From the NCBI RefSeq assembly GCF_006345805.1, contig NC_043017.1, forward strand, positions 16,926,001 to 16,990,000: a stretch of DNA of 64,000 nucleotides. The letters run 5' to 3'. Source of the stretch: Octopus sinensis. Lineage: Eukaryota. Each line of letters begins with the position of its first letter. Positions within the stretch are counted from its first letter, which is position 1. Below the pieces are notes generated by a model that saw only the letters and a program-made list of their open reading frames with translations, had not been told where the DNA came from and ran no database searches. This document shows, piece by piece, positions 50,536 to 63,677 of this stretch. The translations under genes and the position numbers were made by a program.

Positions 50536-51487
50536 AATGATAAAGGTTGGAAAAATTATGAAGGCGTGGCTGTCTGGTAAGAAGTCTGTTTCCTGACCAC
50601 CAGGTTCTGGGTTCAGTCTTAATGCATGGCAGCTTGGGCAAGTGTCTTCTATTATAGCTCCAGACCAACCGAAGCCTTGTGAGTGGATTTGGCAGATGGA
50701 AACTGAAAAGAAGCCCCTCGTATATATAGATATATATATCTGTGTTTGACAACCGGTGTTGGTGTGTTTATGTACCCGTAACTTAGCAATTCGGCAAAAA
50801 AAACCCCGATAGAATAAGTATCAGGGTTTTAAAAGAAAATAAGTGCTGGTGTCGATTGATTTAACTAAAAACTCAAGGCGATGTCCCAGTATGACAGCAG
50901 TCTAATAAAAAAGTGTATGGAGGTGGGACAAGATTTAAAGATAATGAAAATTTGAATTTTTTTTTTTTCGCAAAAATCGTAATCTTTATACATTGAAAAT
51001 ATACAACCGAAAGAGTTGCCAGCATAACATTCCCCACTCTCCAAAGTTACAACTGGTTATAACCATGATTCGATCAGAGCCCCACCTCTGTAAAAGCTAT
51101 GGGACAGCACCAAATCATCTACAAAATACAAACACACCGACTCGAAACGAAGACTTTTGTCGTATCTACCCACAACTCAATTAAAACACATGCGAGGCAT
51201 CTCAGGGACCAACAACCAAATTACCCCGGCCCTGCAATAAATCCCCCACCGTCTTCAAACAAAAAAAAAAGGGGGCACTTTAGGTAATATAGACCAAGAG
51301 ATACAGCGTGGGAAATGGAATTGTCCCAGACAGAAAACGTTTTTGATCAGAAGCCTTGATGGATCGAGCTTGACCTCACACTCAACAACAGCTATTTACA
51401 ATCGACTACAGCAGAAAACCAGTCGACAAACCAGTCGAACAAGAGTGCAGAGAGAGAAAGATAGAAAGAGAGATTGGAAGCGAAAGA

Positions 51488-51705
51488 GAGAGGGAGAGAG
51501 AGAGAGAGAGCTAAGTGATGAATTAAGAGAGAGGGAGAGAGAGAGAGAGCTAAGTGATGAATTAAGAGAGAGGGAGAGAGCTAAGTAATGAATTAAGAGA
51601 GAGGGAGAGAGAGAGAGAGCTAAGTGATGAATTAAGAGAGAGGGAGAGAGCTAAGTAATGAATTAAGAGAGAGGGAGAGAGCTAAGTAATGAATTGAGTG
51701 AGAGG
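51488..51705. repeat. GA-rich minisatellite [(GA)n-GCTAAGTRATGAATTAA] x6
   Basis: Six copies of CTAAGT(G/A)ATGAATT separated by variable GA runs. Confidence 0.9.
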
Positions 51706-51929
51706 GAATTACGATAAAGAAAGATGGTGTGGGGGGAGGAGAGAGAATTTTGGCGACGGAAGTGGGAAAGAAAAGATAGATAGATAGAACAAAGAGGGTA
51801 GGAGGGGAAAAAACGTGAATGGAAAAGAGTAAAAATGGAGAGAGAGGGAGAAACGAGGAAAGGAAGTGAAAAGTGAGAAAGAGAAAGAGAAAGAAAAGAG
51901 GTGGGAGTGAAATCGAGAGCGAAAATCTA

Positions 51930-52022
51930 ATCACGTGACTCTCTTCTTTGGCACCGCGCTATTACTGTGGAGGAACTTATTTTGTTCAAGCAGCTCAGAT
52001 TCACCAAACGTCGCAATTCTAG
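51930..52022 (+). promoter_or_regulatory. Candidate promoter and non-coding first exon
   Basis: E-box ATCACGTGAC at 51930-51939, pyrimidine TCT-like initiator CTCTCTTCTTT, donor AG|GTATAT at 52022/52023; within CpG-retaining island. Confidence 0.5.
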
Positions 52023-52275
52023 GTATATTTGTTATTGTTCATTTTCTCCGGCTATCATTACAGACAGACACATACTACACACCTATATCTATCTATCTAT
52101 AGATATATAAATATATATATATATATGTATACACGCACTCACGCATATATATATATATGTGGCTACATGCATACTCACTTTCAACCACTCCCTGGCTTTT
52201 TCTTTCGTGTTTCTCTTACTCCATCGCCGCTTTTCGCTTCCTTCTTTCAACTTTCTCACCAGGTGTGTTTGCTTA

Positions 52276-52290
52276 ATGGCGAGATCGTGG
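52276..52290 (+). CDS. Candidate start-codon micro-exon (exon 52263-52290), MARSW
   Basis: Long polypyrimidine tract + CAG acceptor at 52262; ATGGCG context; donor TGG|GTGAGA, phase 0. Confidence 0.55.
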
Positions 52291-53699
52291 GTGAGAATTA
52301 GGGCGAAAGATTAGAGAGTCGAAATAAAGATGAAAGTTAGAGAGAAGGAAACCAAAAAAAAAAAAGTAGGACACGCCCAACGGCTTTCTTTTTGGCACGA
52401 TTTACTTTCTTTTTTTTTTTTGGCTGCTAATTAACTTTCACAAATCTATTTCATAGGAACGTTAGGTAAAGTTCTAAATATATTTTCGATTGATTTTGAA
52501 CTGAAATGAAAACGGTAATGATGCCGCAACAGTTATAAACCAATTTTACATAACTGAAGTTTAATGATTTATAAAATGGGATAGTTCGAACAATAGGAAA
52601 AATATTCAGTTTGGTTTTTTTGATATTGACATAGATTTTAAAACACTTTTGGTTTCATTGATGTGGCCTTTCTGACCATATATATATATAAATACACCGT
52701 TGCGACGTCTTAATATCAGTAATTAACAAAAATGCAACTGGAAACTTAATTTTCTTGTTAATTCATAAATATTTTAAATAATCGCAAAATGTCTTTCTAC
52801 ACGTTTTTTTTTTTTTTTATATAAAACTGTACATGAAGAAAATCGTAAAATCGCTAAATTTTATAAAGCGCGTTTGTAAAATGTTAGATATTGCAATTTT
52901 TCGGTTAATTTCGTTTAATAAAACTTTGAAAAAAAAAGAAGAAAAAAACTGTATTTTCGATTGTCGCATAAAGAAATGCATTATTAAGGAGGGGAACTAA
53001 CTCTAAGCGAATGGCCAAATGAAGCCAATTAATTAATTTTCAGTCGGGAAAAGCACTTTGAGAAAAAAAATCTTTTATGGAAAATTTTCGATACATTTCA
53101 AAATATATCTCTTTTCTAAATAAATTTTTGAAAATGCTATTCTATGAGTTCTCATCGCCTGCGTATATTTATCTGGAAGATTTTGTTGTTTAGAAATAGA
53201 TTGGCCCCAATCGCGTCAACTTAACGATTCAGGCAATTTAGTTGACTTCTCCACCCGTTTTCAAATGCTGCAGAGTGATTTAAAGAAGACCATATCTATA
53301 TTTGTGTGTGTGGGTGTGTATGCATTTATATATATATGTGTGTGTGGGTATATGAATACGAACATATTGCTTGTATCGCATTTATTTATGGCCATGTTTT
53401 AAGCCGTGTACGGCTTAAGTTAGTTGAGTATTTAGTTATTCTTGCGTAGATATCTATTTTTGTTACAATCGCCACGAAGTAATCCTTTGGGGTTCAACAC
53501 CAATGTTCGTGCTTTTTTTTTTAATCCCCCGGATTTTCTCACTTTTGATAAAGTAGTTTAATCTCAACTTTTTTCTTGTTTGGGACGTATTTTGGTTGCA
53601 GATTGAAGTTGGAACCAAGATCGAGGAGCGCGATTTGATCTGTATTAAGTGTATTTATATACTTTCTAAGTCTAGAGGATTGGATACAGTCCATAACAT

Positions 53700-54460
53700 T
53701 TGCAGGCCCCCTGAGGCTGGTGAAAATAATGGCGTTAATATTGCAGGTCGACACTTGCAAGAAGGACATGGAACGGAAGAAGGCTCTGGAGGATCGATGT
53801 TCTGGAAATTTGAGATTAGTAGTAGGAAAGTGTAGGCAGGCTAATGGATGTACTGCGGGTGATGAGGGGCTGAATGCACTGGTGTCAGGGAAGCCTGAGT
53901 GTTGGAGGTGTGAGATCAATAAATTCTGAGAAGCAGAAGCCAGTATAGTAGAAATAAAATAAAAAGTGGAGACAAGTGTGTTCATTCGCGATGATATGCT
54001 GATCGTCCAAGCAGCCTTTCTTTGGTTGTAATTGGGATGGTCAATACGTGTAGCAACAACACCATCCCAGATGGGAGAGCAATACTCCATTGTGGCCTTG
54101 TAGAGTGGGGGGGAGGGCGTGAAATATCTTCTGCCTCTAAAGAGAAAGGCTGGTCATTGAGATGTGGTTGTGAGGGTTCTAGCTGAGTTTCTTTCACGTT
54201 AAGAGAGGGTGGTACTATTTTCCTGATATGAGTAATTCCTGAGGTTGACCAGACTCCAACTGGACGATGTTCCCCACGGCCTCTGTTTATAGAATCTGTG
54301 CTGGTTTGGCATGTGTACGATTAGGGAAGTCTAGAGCAGGGTGAAAAAGGGTAATGTTATATGCATAAGAGTGGGTATTACTGGATGTGGTGGTTAGTAA
54401 GTCATTGATGTGTAGTGTTGGGAGCCAGCACCAAATGCTTGGCAGCTCCAGTTCCGATTG
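53700..54460 (-). mobile_element. Degraded CR1/Jockey-group LINE RT 3' part
   Basis: YKATMEYCSPIWDG...QRKA, same family as 40135-41200. Confidence 0.75.
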
Positions 54461-55198
54461 AGTGTGGGGAAGAGAAGTTATTAAATTTTTCTTCTTGTGT
54501 GGGTGGTATAAACTTTCTTTTCTGTAGTTTACTTTATTTATGTAACATATCTAGAAAGTGATGTCTATATATTATCTGGAGCTACATATACACAGTGTTT
54601 ATAAATGTTTCTCTCTTACTGATTTCTCTACTTCCTTCTGCAACTGTATAATTTTAGCTTCTATAATTTCTATCACTTGGGTTGCTTTGGGTCTTTCTCC
54701 TTCCATCAATTTCTTCAGGAATTCTGTTTTTTGGTTTTGCTATTTGGTTTTATATTTGTATATATGTGGAACGGTTTTTCTGTTAGATTTGATATATTGA
54801 AAATAAGCCCATGTCCTAATTTAATCTTTTTGAGGACTTCTCGATAATTTAGAAATAGGTACTCTCTGTATCTGCCTTGTAGAAAGTCATTTTAATAATG
54901 TTCTAGTATCAAAAACTATCAAACACCCTAAAATAAAGCCATCTCTGATGTCAGCAAAATAATTAAAAAAACAAAAACAAAATATTAGTAACCTGCAAAA
55001 AACCTGTTAGTCCCTTTCCAATGCCCACAAGGTTAAGCTCTATAAAAAAAACAAAAAAACAGTAGCTATAGGTTAGATATTAGGTGCATAGATGATGTAG
55101 TAGTCGAAATGGACACTTCAGAAGACATTGAGAAATTAAAGGACATAGTGATCAAATCAATACTAAAATTCAGCATTTGGAGCAATACTAATACAACA

Positions 55199-55547
55199 TG
55201 GAGGCGCAATGGCCCAGTGGTTAGGGCAGCGGACTCGCGGTTGTAGGATCAAGGTTTCGATTCCCAGACCGGGCGTTGTGAGTGCTTATTGAGCAAAAAC
55301 ACCTAAAGCTCCACGGGGCCTTGTGAGTATTTATTGAGCGAAAACGCCTAAAGCTCCATGAAGCTCCGGCAGGGGGTGGTGGTGATCCCTGCTGTACTCT
55401 TTCACCACAACTTTCTCTCACTCTTTCTTCTGTTGGCCTGCTCGCTTAGCCAGTGGCATGGCGTCATTTGAAGGTTAAAACAACACGAAGTGCATTGTGA
55501 CCAGCAATGTGAAGCAACATCTGATAGCCTGGTCGGTCACGGTGATC
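55199..55547 (+). mobile_element. Full-length tRNA SINE (family D)
   Basis: A box TGGCCCAGTGG, B box GGTTTCGATTCCC, internal ~45-bp duplication, 12-bp TSD ACTAATACAACA (55187, 55548). Confidence 0.92.
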
Positions 55548-56413
55548 ACTAATACAACACCATTTCTAGACATAGACATTCAGATTAAAAGCAATAGCTG
55601 CATTTGATTAATGCACTTTAAAAGATACAAATGCATATACATACATAAATATAGCAAATGCCTGCAATATGTCTGATAAAATGATTAAATAAAAGAACAT
55701 TTATATTCTCTTCCACAAATACTAAATAAAGTATTCTACAATAAAACAAATATTATTCACATACAATTATTAGAGATAGAAGCAGTATCATTTCAAAATA
55801 GCATTCTGTATATCTAACTTAATGTGGATATACTGTAGAAAGTCACGCAACTGCAATATTCATCTTGAGAAAACATCTTATACATGTATTATGCTAAAAA
55901 GCGCAGATGAATATCAATAGCAGATGAAAACCATCCAGCAGTAACAATGGAATTGCTAAATCCAGATTTCTGCATTTTTTTTTGTGTCATCAGTAGCGAA
56001 CACCCACAAGTAACAGCATGGATAAACAAACTTAGCCTCTACTGATATAGAAAAACTGTGATTAACAAGTAGCTGGTGTCGCAAATAGCCAGCAGGCTTG
56101 GTAAAAGTTCATTATTTGTTATGGAAGCAGTAGATTATTCCAACACCAGTGATTTATTAATCAGCTTTTTTTAAAAAATTTTCTGCAGTAGAGGTTAAGT
56201 TTGTCTAAACATGTGGTTGCTTGTGGATGGCTTGCTTCTGATGAGGCACAGATATACAGAAATCTGGACTCAGCAACATCACCATTGCCACTGGATAACT
56301 TTTGTCTTGTTACTGACATTCTGTGGTTTTTGTACTATACATTTGTATAAGAGGCTTTCTTGAGACGAACACTGTTGTGTGGTTTTTCTATTGAATATTC
56401 ATGTTAAGTTAGA

Positions 56414-56499
56414 TCATCTGATCACCAAAGTTAAACATCGTCGAGCCTTGTTAGTACTAAGATGGGTGGCCGCTTGGGAAACCTGGATGCTGTAAGCAT
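56414..56499 (+). pseudogene. 5S rRNA-derived fragment (3' two-thirds)
   Basis: CTGATCACCAAAGTTAAACATCGTCGAGCCTTGTTAGTACTAAGATGGGTGGCCGCTTGGGAAACCTGGATGCTGTAAGC aligns to metazoan 5S (box A, IE, box C); 5' ~35 nt and oligo-T terminator missing. Confidence 0.9.
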
Positions 56500-58539
56500 C
56501 TCAATAGGTGCAAGAGTGGCTCTGTGGTAAGTGACTTGCTTACCAACCACATGGTTCTGGGTTCTTGGGCAAGTGTCTTCTACTTTAGCCTTGTGAGTGG
56601 ATTTGGTAGACGGAAACTGAAAGAAGCCTGTCATATATATATGTGTGTGTGTGTCTGTGTTTGTTCCCCCAATATTGCTTGACAACCTATGTTGGTGTGT
56701 TTACATCCCTGTAACTTAACAGTTTGGCAAAAGAGATCAATAAAATAAGTACTAGGCTTACAAAGAATAAGTCCTGGGGTTGATTTGCTCAACTAAAAGT
56801 GGTGCTCCAGCGTGGCTGCAGTCAAATGTCTGAAACAAATAAAAGAATACACGATGTGTGTGTTTCTATATATAAATATATATCCATATTTTATATCTAA
56901 TTTGAGGAAGTTACCTGTATTTGTAGCAGGAATTCATCAAATGTTTACCTATTTAACTTGTTTGGTCATAGTGAGAATTTGTCTAACCCCATTGAGTTAT
57001 GAGTGCATCAATTCACCATGGCAATGTTCTAGCCCCACATGGGGCAGGGTCAGTATTCAGCCAATCAGGCCTTGGGGTTTCCCCAAGCAAATGGATTGTG
57101 GGAGCACTGGATGGATAGGTGATACCTCTAGGTGTCTGTATGGAGTTCAGCCTTCAACTGTGAACTACACTATATGGGCATGAAACCGTGAACCCTGACC
57201 CCCAGCCAGGAAGGTAGAGAAATTACTCCTGTAGAGGAAAGAGGAGGTGGAGACAGGTGATTTGGTATGGCCTACCTTCTCATCTAGTGTGAGCACTAAC
57301 ACCAGAGGGTTCTTTTTGCAGATCCTCGAAACCCCAAACTAGATTGTACATGCCCTAGTGTCTGCTGCAAGAGAACTTGAGAGGAGGCGTACCGTCACTG
57401 GAAGTGGATACTTACCAGGAACTTCAACTTGACCTGCAAGTGGATCTCAACTTGATCTGCAAAGTTACTCACCAGGCATGCGTCTCAGTACTTACTACAG
57501 CACACAGGGTAGCTAACGAACCTGTTTGCCTCAAGTCCCCACCACTTGAATGTAACTATTGGATCCTTGTAGGTTGCCCCTTGAATATGCAACACATACG
57601 TGCAAATGTATATATATATATTAAGTAGTTACAATAATAGTAAATTTTATACATTTCTGTACATAGGAACTCCTCCAATCCAGGCTTTAGGCTCTCTGTT
57701 TCACGAATTGAGTATATTCATAATTTGGACAATTCTAAGATTAACTATAAATTGAAATGATTGGTTCTGGGACACACAATACAGTACCTAATGCCTGTTT
57801 TATGTAAAATAGCTTTTCTCTGTACAGGTTTTATACAATCCTTTTTTTTACATTCCTTTTTACATCCTTTTTATAATTATCACTTCCTTTTGCACTTCTC
57901 ATTTTTGCTTCACTTATTCCACATGCTTTATATATACATACATATATATTTCTTAACCATTCTGTTCTTATTTTCTCTCTTTGTCTCATATCCTTTCATG
58001 ATCACTTGCTAGAATTGTTGATGTATGGTCCAAAACTAATTAACGATGTGTTCCACCTAGATGGCACCCAAACCCTGTCCAGTTTGGACTTCTACAAGGC
58101 TGACTGGAAGTCAATTGAAAAACATGTACTCCAGCAAAATTGGCTTAAAAGTCTCTTTGCAAGACATCAATATGAAACTTAAATAATTCATGTCAATAAT
58201 GCGAGTCTACAGTGGTGTCGGCAGGGCCAGTATCATCAGTGTTTCCTTCATTAGCAGGCTTTTTAGTCATGGCTATGGTTTTGTTCTTTTGAATGTCTAT
58301 TGAGTACGGGAGACTTTTTTTCCTTTTCACTTTCCCCATCCCTTGTGTCAGCTTTGCTGCAATCATTTCTCATGATGTATCCAAAATGTTGATGTGTGGT
58401 CTAATGAGAGCATTGGAACATAGGAATTTGAGTTTCTTCAGCTCTGTCTCGGCCATAGTTCTGGTGAAACCAATACTCTTTAGTGTTGCTATGATAATGT
58501 TGTCTGGAGGGTCTCTATCTGTAATTTTCCAGGCTTGCA

Positions 58540-60280
58540 GAAACAATTGCAGTGCCTTGATCGACCAGTTTCACATCTTTGCTTTCGTAGTCTATTTACC
58601 TCAAACTCAAGCAGCCTTCTCAGAACATGCTCCTCATCCCTCTTCAACACATGCCCATACCACCACACTCCATTCGCACTTGCCAGCCATTCCACCGATT
58701 CCTCCAACCCCAGCATCCCCATTAAGTCCTCAGTCCTCTTATCAAACAGCTTCACACCACACATTTCTTTCACCATTGCTCTCTCGGTCCTTCTCAAAAT
58801 TGCCATCTCTCTCTGCCTCAGATATCATGTCTCACGCCCACACAGCATTGCAGCTCTGTTACAACTCCTTTAGACCCTTCCTTTCATCTTCAATGAGAAC
58901 CTTTTCCCCGTATTACAACGCTCCACATTCCCTGAACTTCACCCACCCAAGTTTTGCTTTTGCTGTCACAGCTACCTTACATCCGTCCTATCTCCCAAAT
59001 AACAAAATTCTATCATTGTTTCCATCTTATCGCATAGCATTTCCACTGGTTCCACCAGCCCTCCAACTCCTTTTTCACATCTTCCACAAAGAAACTCCCT
59101 TGCTAGTCTTGGGGTCACCTTCATTTTCGTACATCTGCTATGAAACTATTTATCACATCTCGTACACAACACTGTATTTACTATTACCCTCCTCCCATGT
59201 ACACCACATGGATCCACCTTACTCACCAACACTTCTCCTTCCACCCCACTCACCATCACTTTTGTCTTCCCGAGGTTTACCTTCAAACCCTTGCTTTCAA
59301 ATGCCTCCTTCAATTTCCAAAACTTCTCCCTCATTCCCTCCATTGTCTCACTCATCAGAACAAGGTCATCCGCATACAGTATCTCCATTATCAATCCCTC
59401 CCTTGTGCTCTCCATCACCACATCAACGACTATTGCAAACAACAACAGTGACAGCACAGATCCCTGATGCACACCAACTTTCACTGAAAGCTCCTCCAAC
59501 AGCTCTGATCTAATTCTCACTCTTGTCTTTACCTCCTCATACAAACTCATCACTGCCCTCATTGTTACCTGCAGTATACTTCTCTTCCTCAATGCCCACT
59601 CAATCACCTTCCTAGGAACCCTATCAAATGCCTTCTCCAGATCAATGAAGCACATGTACAACTCCTTCCCCTTATCTCGGTATTCCTCCTGCAATCTCCT
59701 TACAATGAGCACTGCATCTATTCTCTCCCTTCCTGGCATAAAAACCAAATTGCATCTCATCCACATCCACCGAATTCTCCTCTCCAACACCCTTTCCACT
59801 ATCTTCCAATAACTTCACTCCCCTATACACCCCACAACTCATCGCATCCTCCTTCCTCTTGAAGATCGGTACCACCACAGTGCTTAGTCATCTGGCATTC
59901 CTCTTCCATCCTGCACACCCTAGCAGAGCTCCATCATCACAACAATCCCTATCTCTCCACTTGCGGTTCTCATTTCCTCACTAACTTCTGATGGACCAGC
60001 TGCCTTTCCTCTTTTCATTTCCTTCATTGCCTCCACTACTTCTCTCCACTGGCCCCTTCACCACAAAATTCAACCTTCCATCACTCCCACTCATGCATCT
60101 TCCTCCCTCAACATCTTGGGTTCCCATCCAACCCACTCAACCTCTCCTCAGCCTCCTTATAGATCTTGCAACCACCCTCTTAGCACAATTCTCCATGTTA
60201 TACCTGGCTTTCATTTGTTCAGTTCTATTATTACATAAAGCTTTCTGCAACGCCTTCTTTTTCGCTATCGCATCCCTCAC
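58540..60280 (-). mobile_element. Degraded RTE LINE (RT region)
   Basis: YMCFIDLEKAFDRVPR, GVHQGSVLS, ILYADDLVL, decayed PHD CGVH...CTRC, WYGHVLKR. Confidence 0.92.
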
Positions 60281-60536
60281 AAACAGATGTGCGTATGTAT
60301 GTGTAAAGTGCTAGTTGTGTACAGAGTTTAATATGAAATTAAATAAATAGCAAAGGAACAGGAAAGTATACAGTGAACTTGATGCAAAGGTTTTTTGGTG
60401 TAAGATGCAGTGAACTCAGAAGAGGAGATTACATTCTTTTACACCATTTTGTTCCTTTGGAATAATATCAGTGATATCTTCCATACATACACACACACAC
60501 ACACATGTATATACATATATTTCTATATATATATTT

Positions 60537-60591
<55 letters not shown>

Positions 60592-60842
60592 GGCATATAT
60601 ATATATGTATATAAATATATGTATATATATATATAGGTATATATATATATATTTATATAAATATATGTATATAAATATACGTATAGGTATATATATATAT
60701 TTATATAAATATATGTATATAAATATACGTATAGGTATATATATATATATATTTATATAAATATATGTATATAAATATACGTATACACATATATATATAT
60801 ACACACATATATGTATACACATATATATATATACACATATAT

Positions 60843-61590
60843 GTATTTGGGAGTAACAGTGGACAACAACATAAGCTGGGCTACACATATAAGCAGCAAA
60901 GTTGACATGGCCCGCAGAATGTGTTCCTGGATTCTCAGAACCTTCCAGTCGAGAGATTCCCACACTATTATCCTTCTTTTCTCCACTTTTGCCCGACCCC
61001 ACCTTGAATACTGCTGTCCACTGTAGTCTCCCTACACAAAACAAAATATTATCAGAATTGAAGCTCCCCAAAGCTCAATCACAAAAAAGATAGATGGCAT
61101 GTTAGACCTTGACTACTGGGAAAGACTAGAGAAGCTGAAACTTCACTCCAACGACGCCGTGAACGCTACATTATCTGTATGATGTGGAAAATATTCCATC
61201 AGCACTGTCCGAATGATGTTGGCATCACCTTCAAAATACATCCAAGGCTTGGACCATGTGCCATCCGTCCACAACAAAAATCTAAATCGCATCACATAAC
61301 GACAATACGGCACAATTATTTCACCTCAATTGGACCCGCTCTCTTCAACATGACACCAGGACACGTCAAAACAGAAACAGACCACACAAAATTCAAGAAG
61401 TCTTTGGACAAATTCCTTCAAACAGTCCCGGACAAACCACCCACAGCCAGATATGTCTCCGCAAACAATAACTCTCTGCTCGAATGGGCCTCGGTGCCCA
61501 AATCTTGAATTGAAAGACTTCGCCAGGTGGTGCTATTAAGTTAGACATGGCCTGGGCCAATACTGGCCAAAACCTTTCTAAGTTATTCTA
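60843..61590 (+). mobile_element. CR1-group LINE 3' fragment inserted in a TA microsatellite
   Basis: [54 protein letters not shown]; (TTCTAAGTTA)2 tail. Confidence 0.9.
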
Positions 61591-61728
61591 AGTTATATAT
61601 ATATGCATATACATATATACATATATATATATGTATATACATATATATATATGTATATACATATATACATATGTATATACATATATACATATATGTAAAT
61701 ACATATATATATATGTATATACACATAT

Positions 61729-61908
61729 ATATGGCAGTCTTATGAATATAAGACTAAAGCTGTCGCTGATTAGCTCCAAGAGGCCACCGCCTCAAGCTAG
61801 CTATTTGACACACGAACCTGCGTCCATTACAAATAGCTAGCTAGAGGCGGTGGCCTCTTGGAGCTAATCAGCGACAGCTTTAGTCTTATATTTATAAGAC
61901 TGCCATAT
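61729..61908. repeat. Inverted repeat, ~79-bp arms, 22-nt spacer
   Basis: ATATGGCAGTC...CTATTTG / CAAATAG...GACTGCCATAT, two mismatches seen. Confidence 0.92.
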
Positions 61909-61989
61909 TAGTAAGGTTGATAACTATTAATTTCCAGTAACGCTGCCGTAATCTCCTTTAGAGAGACTTAGTAATTTTAATATTTCTAT

Positions 61990-63677
61990 CATATATATAT
62001 ATGTATATACTTATATACATATGTATATACATATATATATGTATATACATATATACATATGTATCTACATATATATATGTATATATATATATATATATAT
62101 ATGTATATACATATATATATGTATATACATATACATATATACATATGTATATACATATATATACATATGTATATACATATATACATATGTACATATGTAT
62201 ATACATATATACATACATATGTATATACATATATACATATGTATATACATATATACATACATATGTATATACATATATACATACATATGTATATACATAT
62301 ATACATATGTATATACATATATACATATGTATATACATATGTATATACATATATACATATGTATATACATATGTATATACATATGTATATACATATGTAT
62401 ATACATACATATGTATATACATATACACATATGTATATACATATACACATATGTATATACATATATACATATGTATATACATATGTATATACATATATAC
62501 ATATGTATATACATATATACATATGTATATACATATATACATATGTATATACATATATACATATGTATATACATATATACATATGTATATACATATATAC
62601 ATATGTATATACATATATACATATGTATATACATATATACATATGTATATACATATCTACACTTGTATATACTTATATACATATGTATATACATATATAT
62701 ATGTATATATATATGTATATACATATCTGTATATACATATATACATATGTATATACATATATATATACATATATATATACATATGTATATACATATATAT
62801 ATACATATGTATATACATATATACATATATATATACATATGTATATACATATATACATATGTATATACATATGTATATACATATATACATATGTATATAC
62901 ATATGTATATACATATGTATATACATATGTACATATGTATATACATATGTATATACATATGTACATATGTATATACATATGTATATACGTATGTACATAT
63001 GTATATACATATGTATATACATATGTACATATGTATATACATATGTACATATGTATATACATATGTACATATGTATATACATATGTATATACATATGTAC
63101 ATATGTATATACATATGTATATACATATGTACATATGTATATACATATGTATATACATATGTACATATGTATATACATATGTACATATGTATATACATAT
63201 GTATGTACATATGTATATACATATGTATATACATATGTACATATGTATATACATATATACATATGTATATACATATATACATATGTATATACATATATAC
63301 ATATGTATATACATATATACATATGTATATACATATATACATATGTATATACATATATACATATATACATACGTATATACATATGTGCATACGTATATAC
63401 ATATATACATACGTATATACATATATGTATATACATATATATGTATACATATATATGTATATACATATATATTTATGTATATACATATATATAAATATAT
63501 ATATATGTATATGCATATATACATATATACATATGTATATGCATATATACATATATATATATGTATATGCATATATACATATATATATATGTATATGCAT
63601 ATATACATATATATATATGCATATATATATATATATGTATATACATATATATAAATATTCATATATATATATATATG
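61990..63677. repeat. 1.7-kb compound TA/CA/TG alternating microsatellite
   Basis: Units TATACATATG, TATACATA, TACATATG; source of the 200-590 aa Y/I/H/M ORFs. Confidence 0.97.

Noticed and set aside
55199-55275. tRNA gene
   Set aside because: tRNA-like A/B boxes are the head of a SINE with body, tail and TSD; no proper acceptor stem
58293-59513. 406-aa plus-strand ORF
   Set aside because: Antisense shadow of the degraded minus-strand RTE reverse transcriptase; Pro/Ser/His-rich with no motifs
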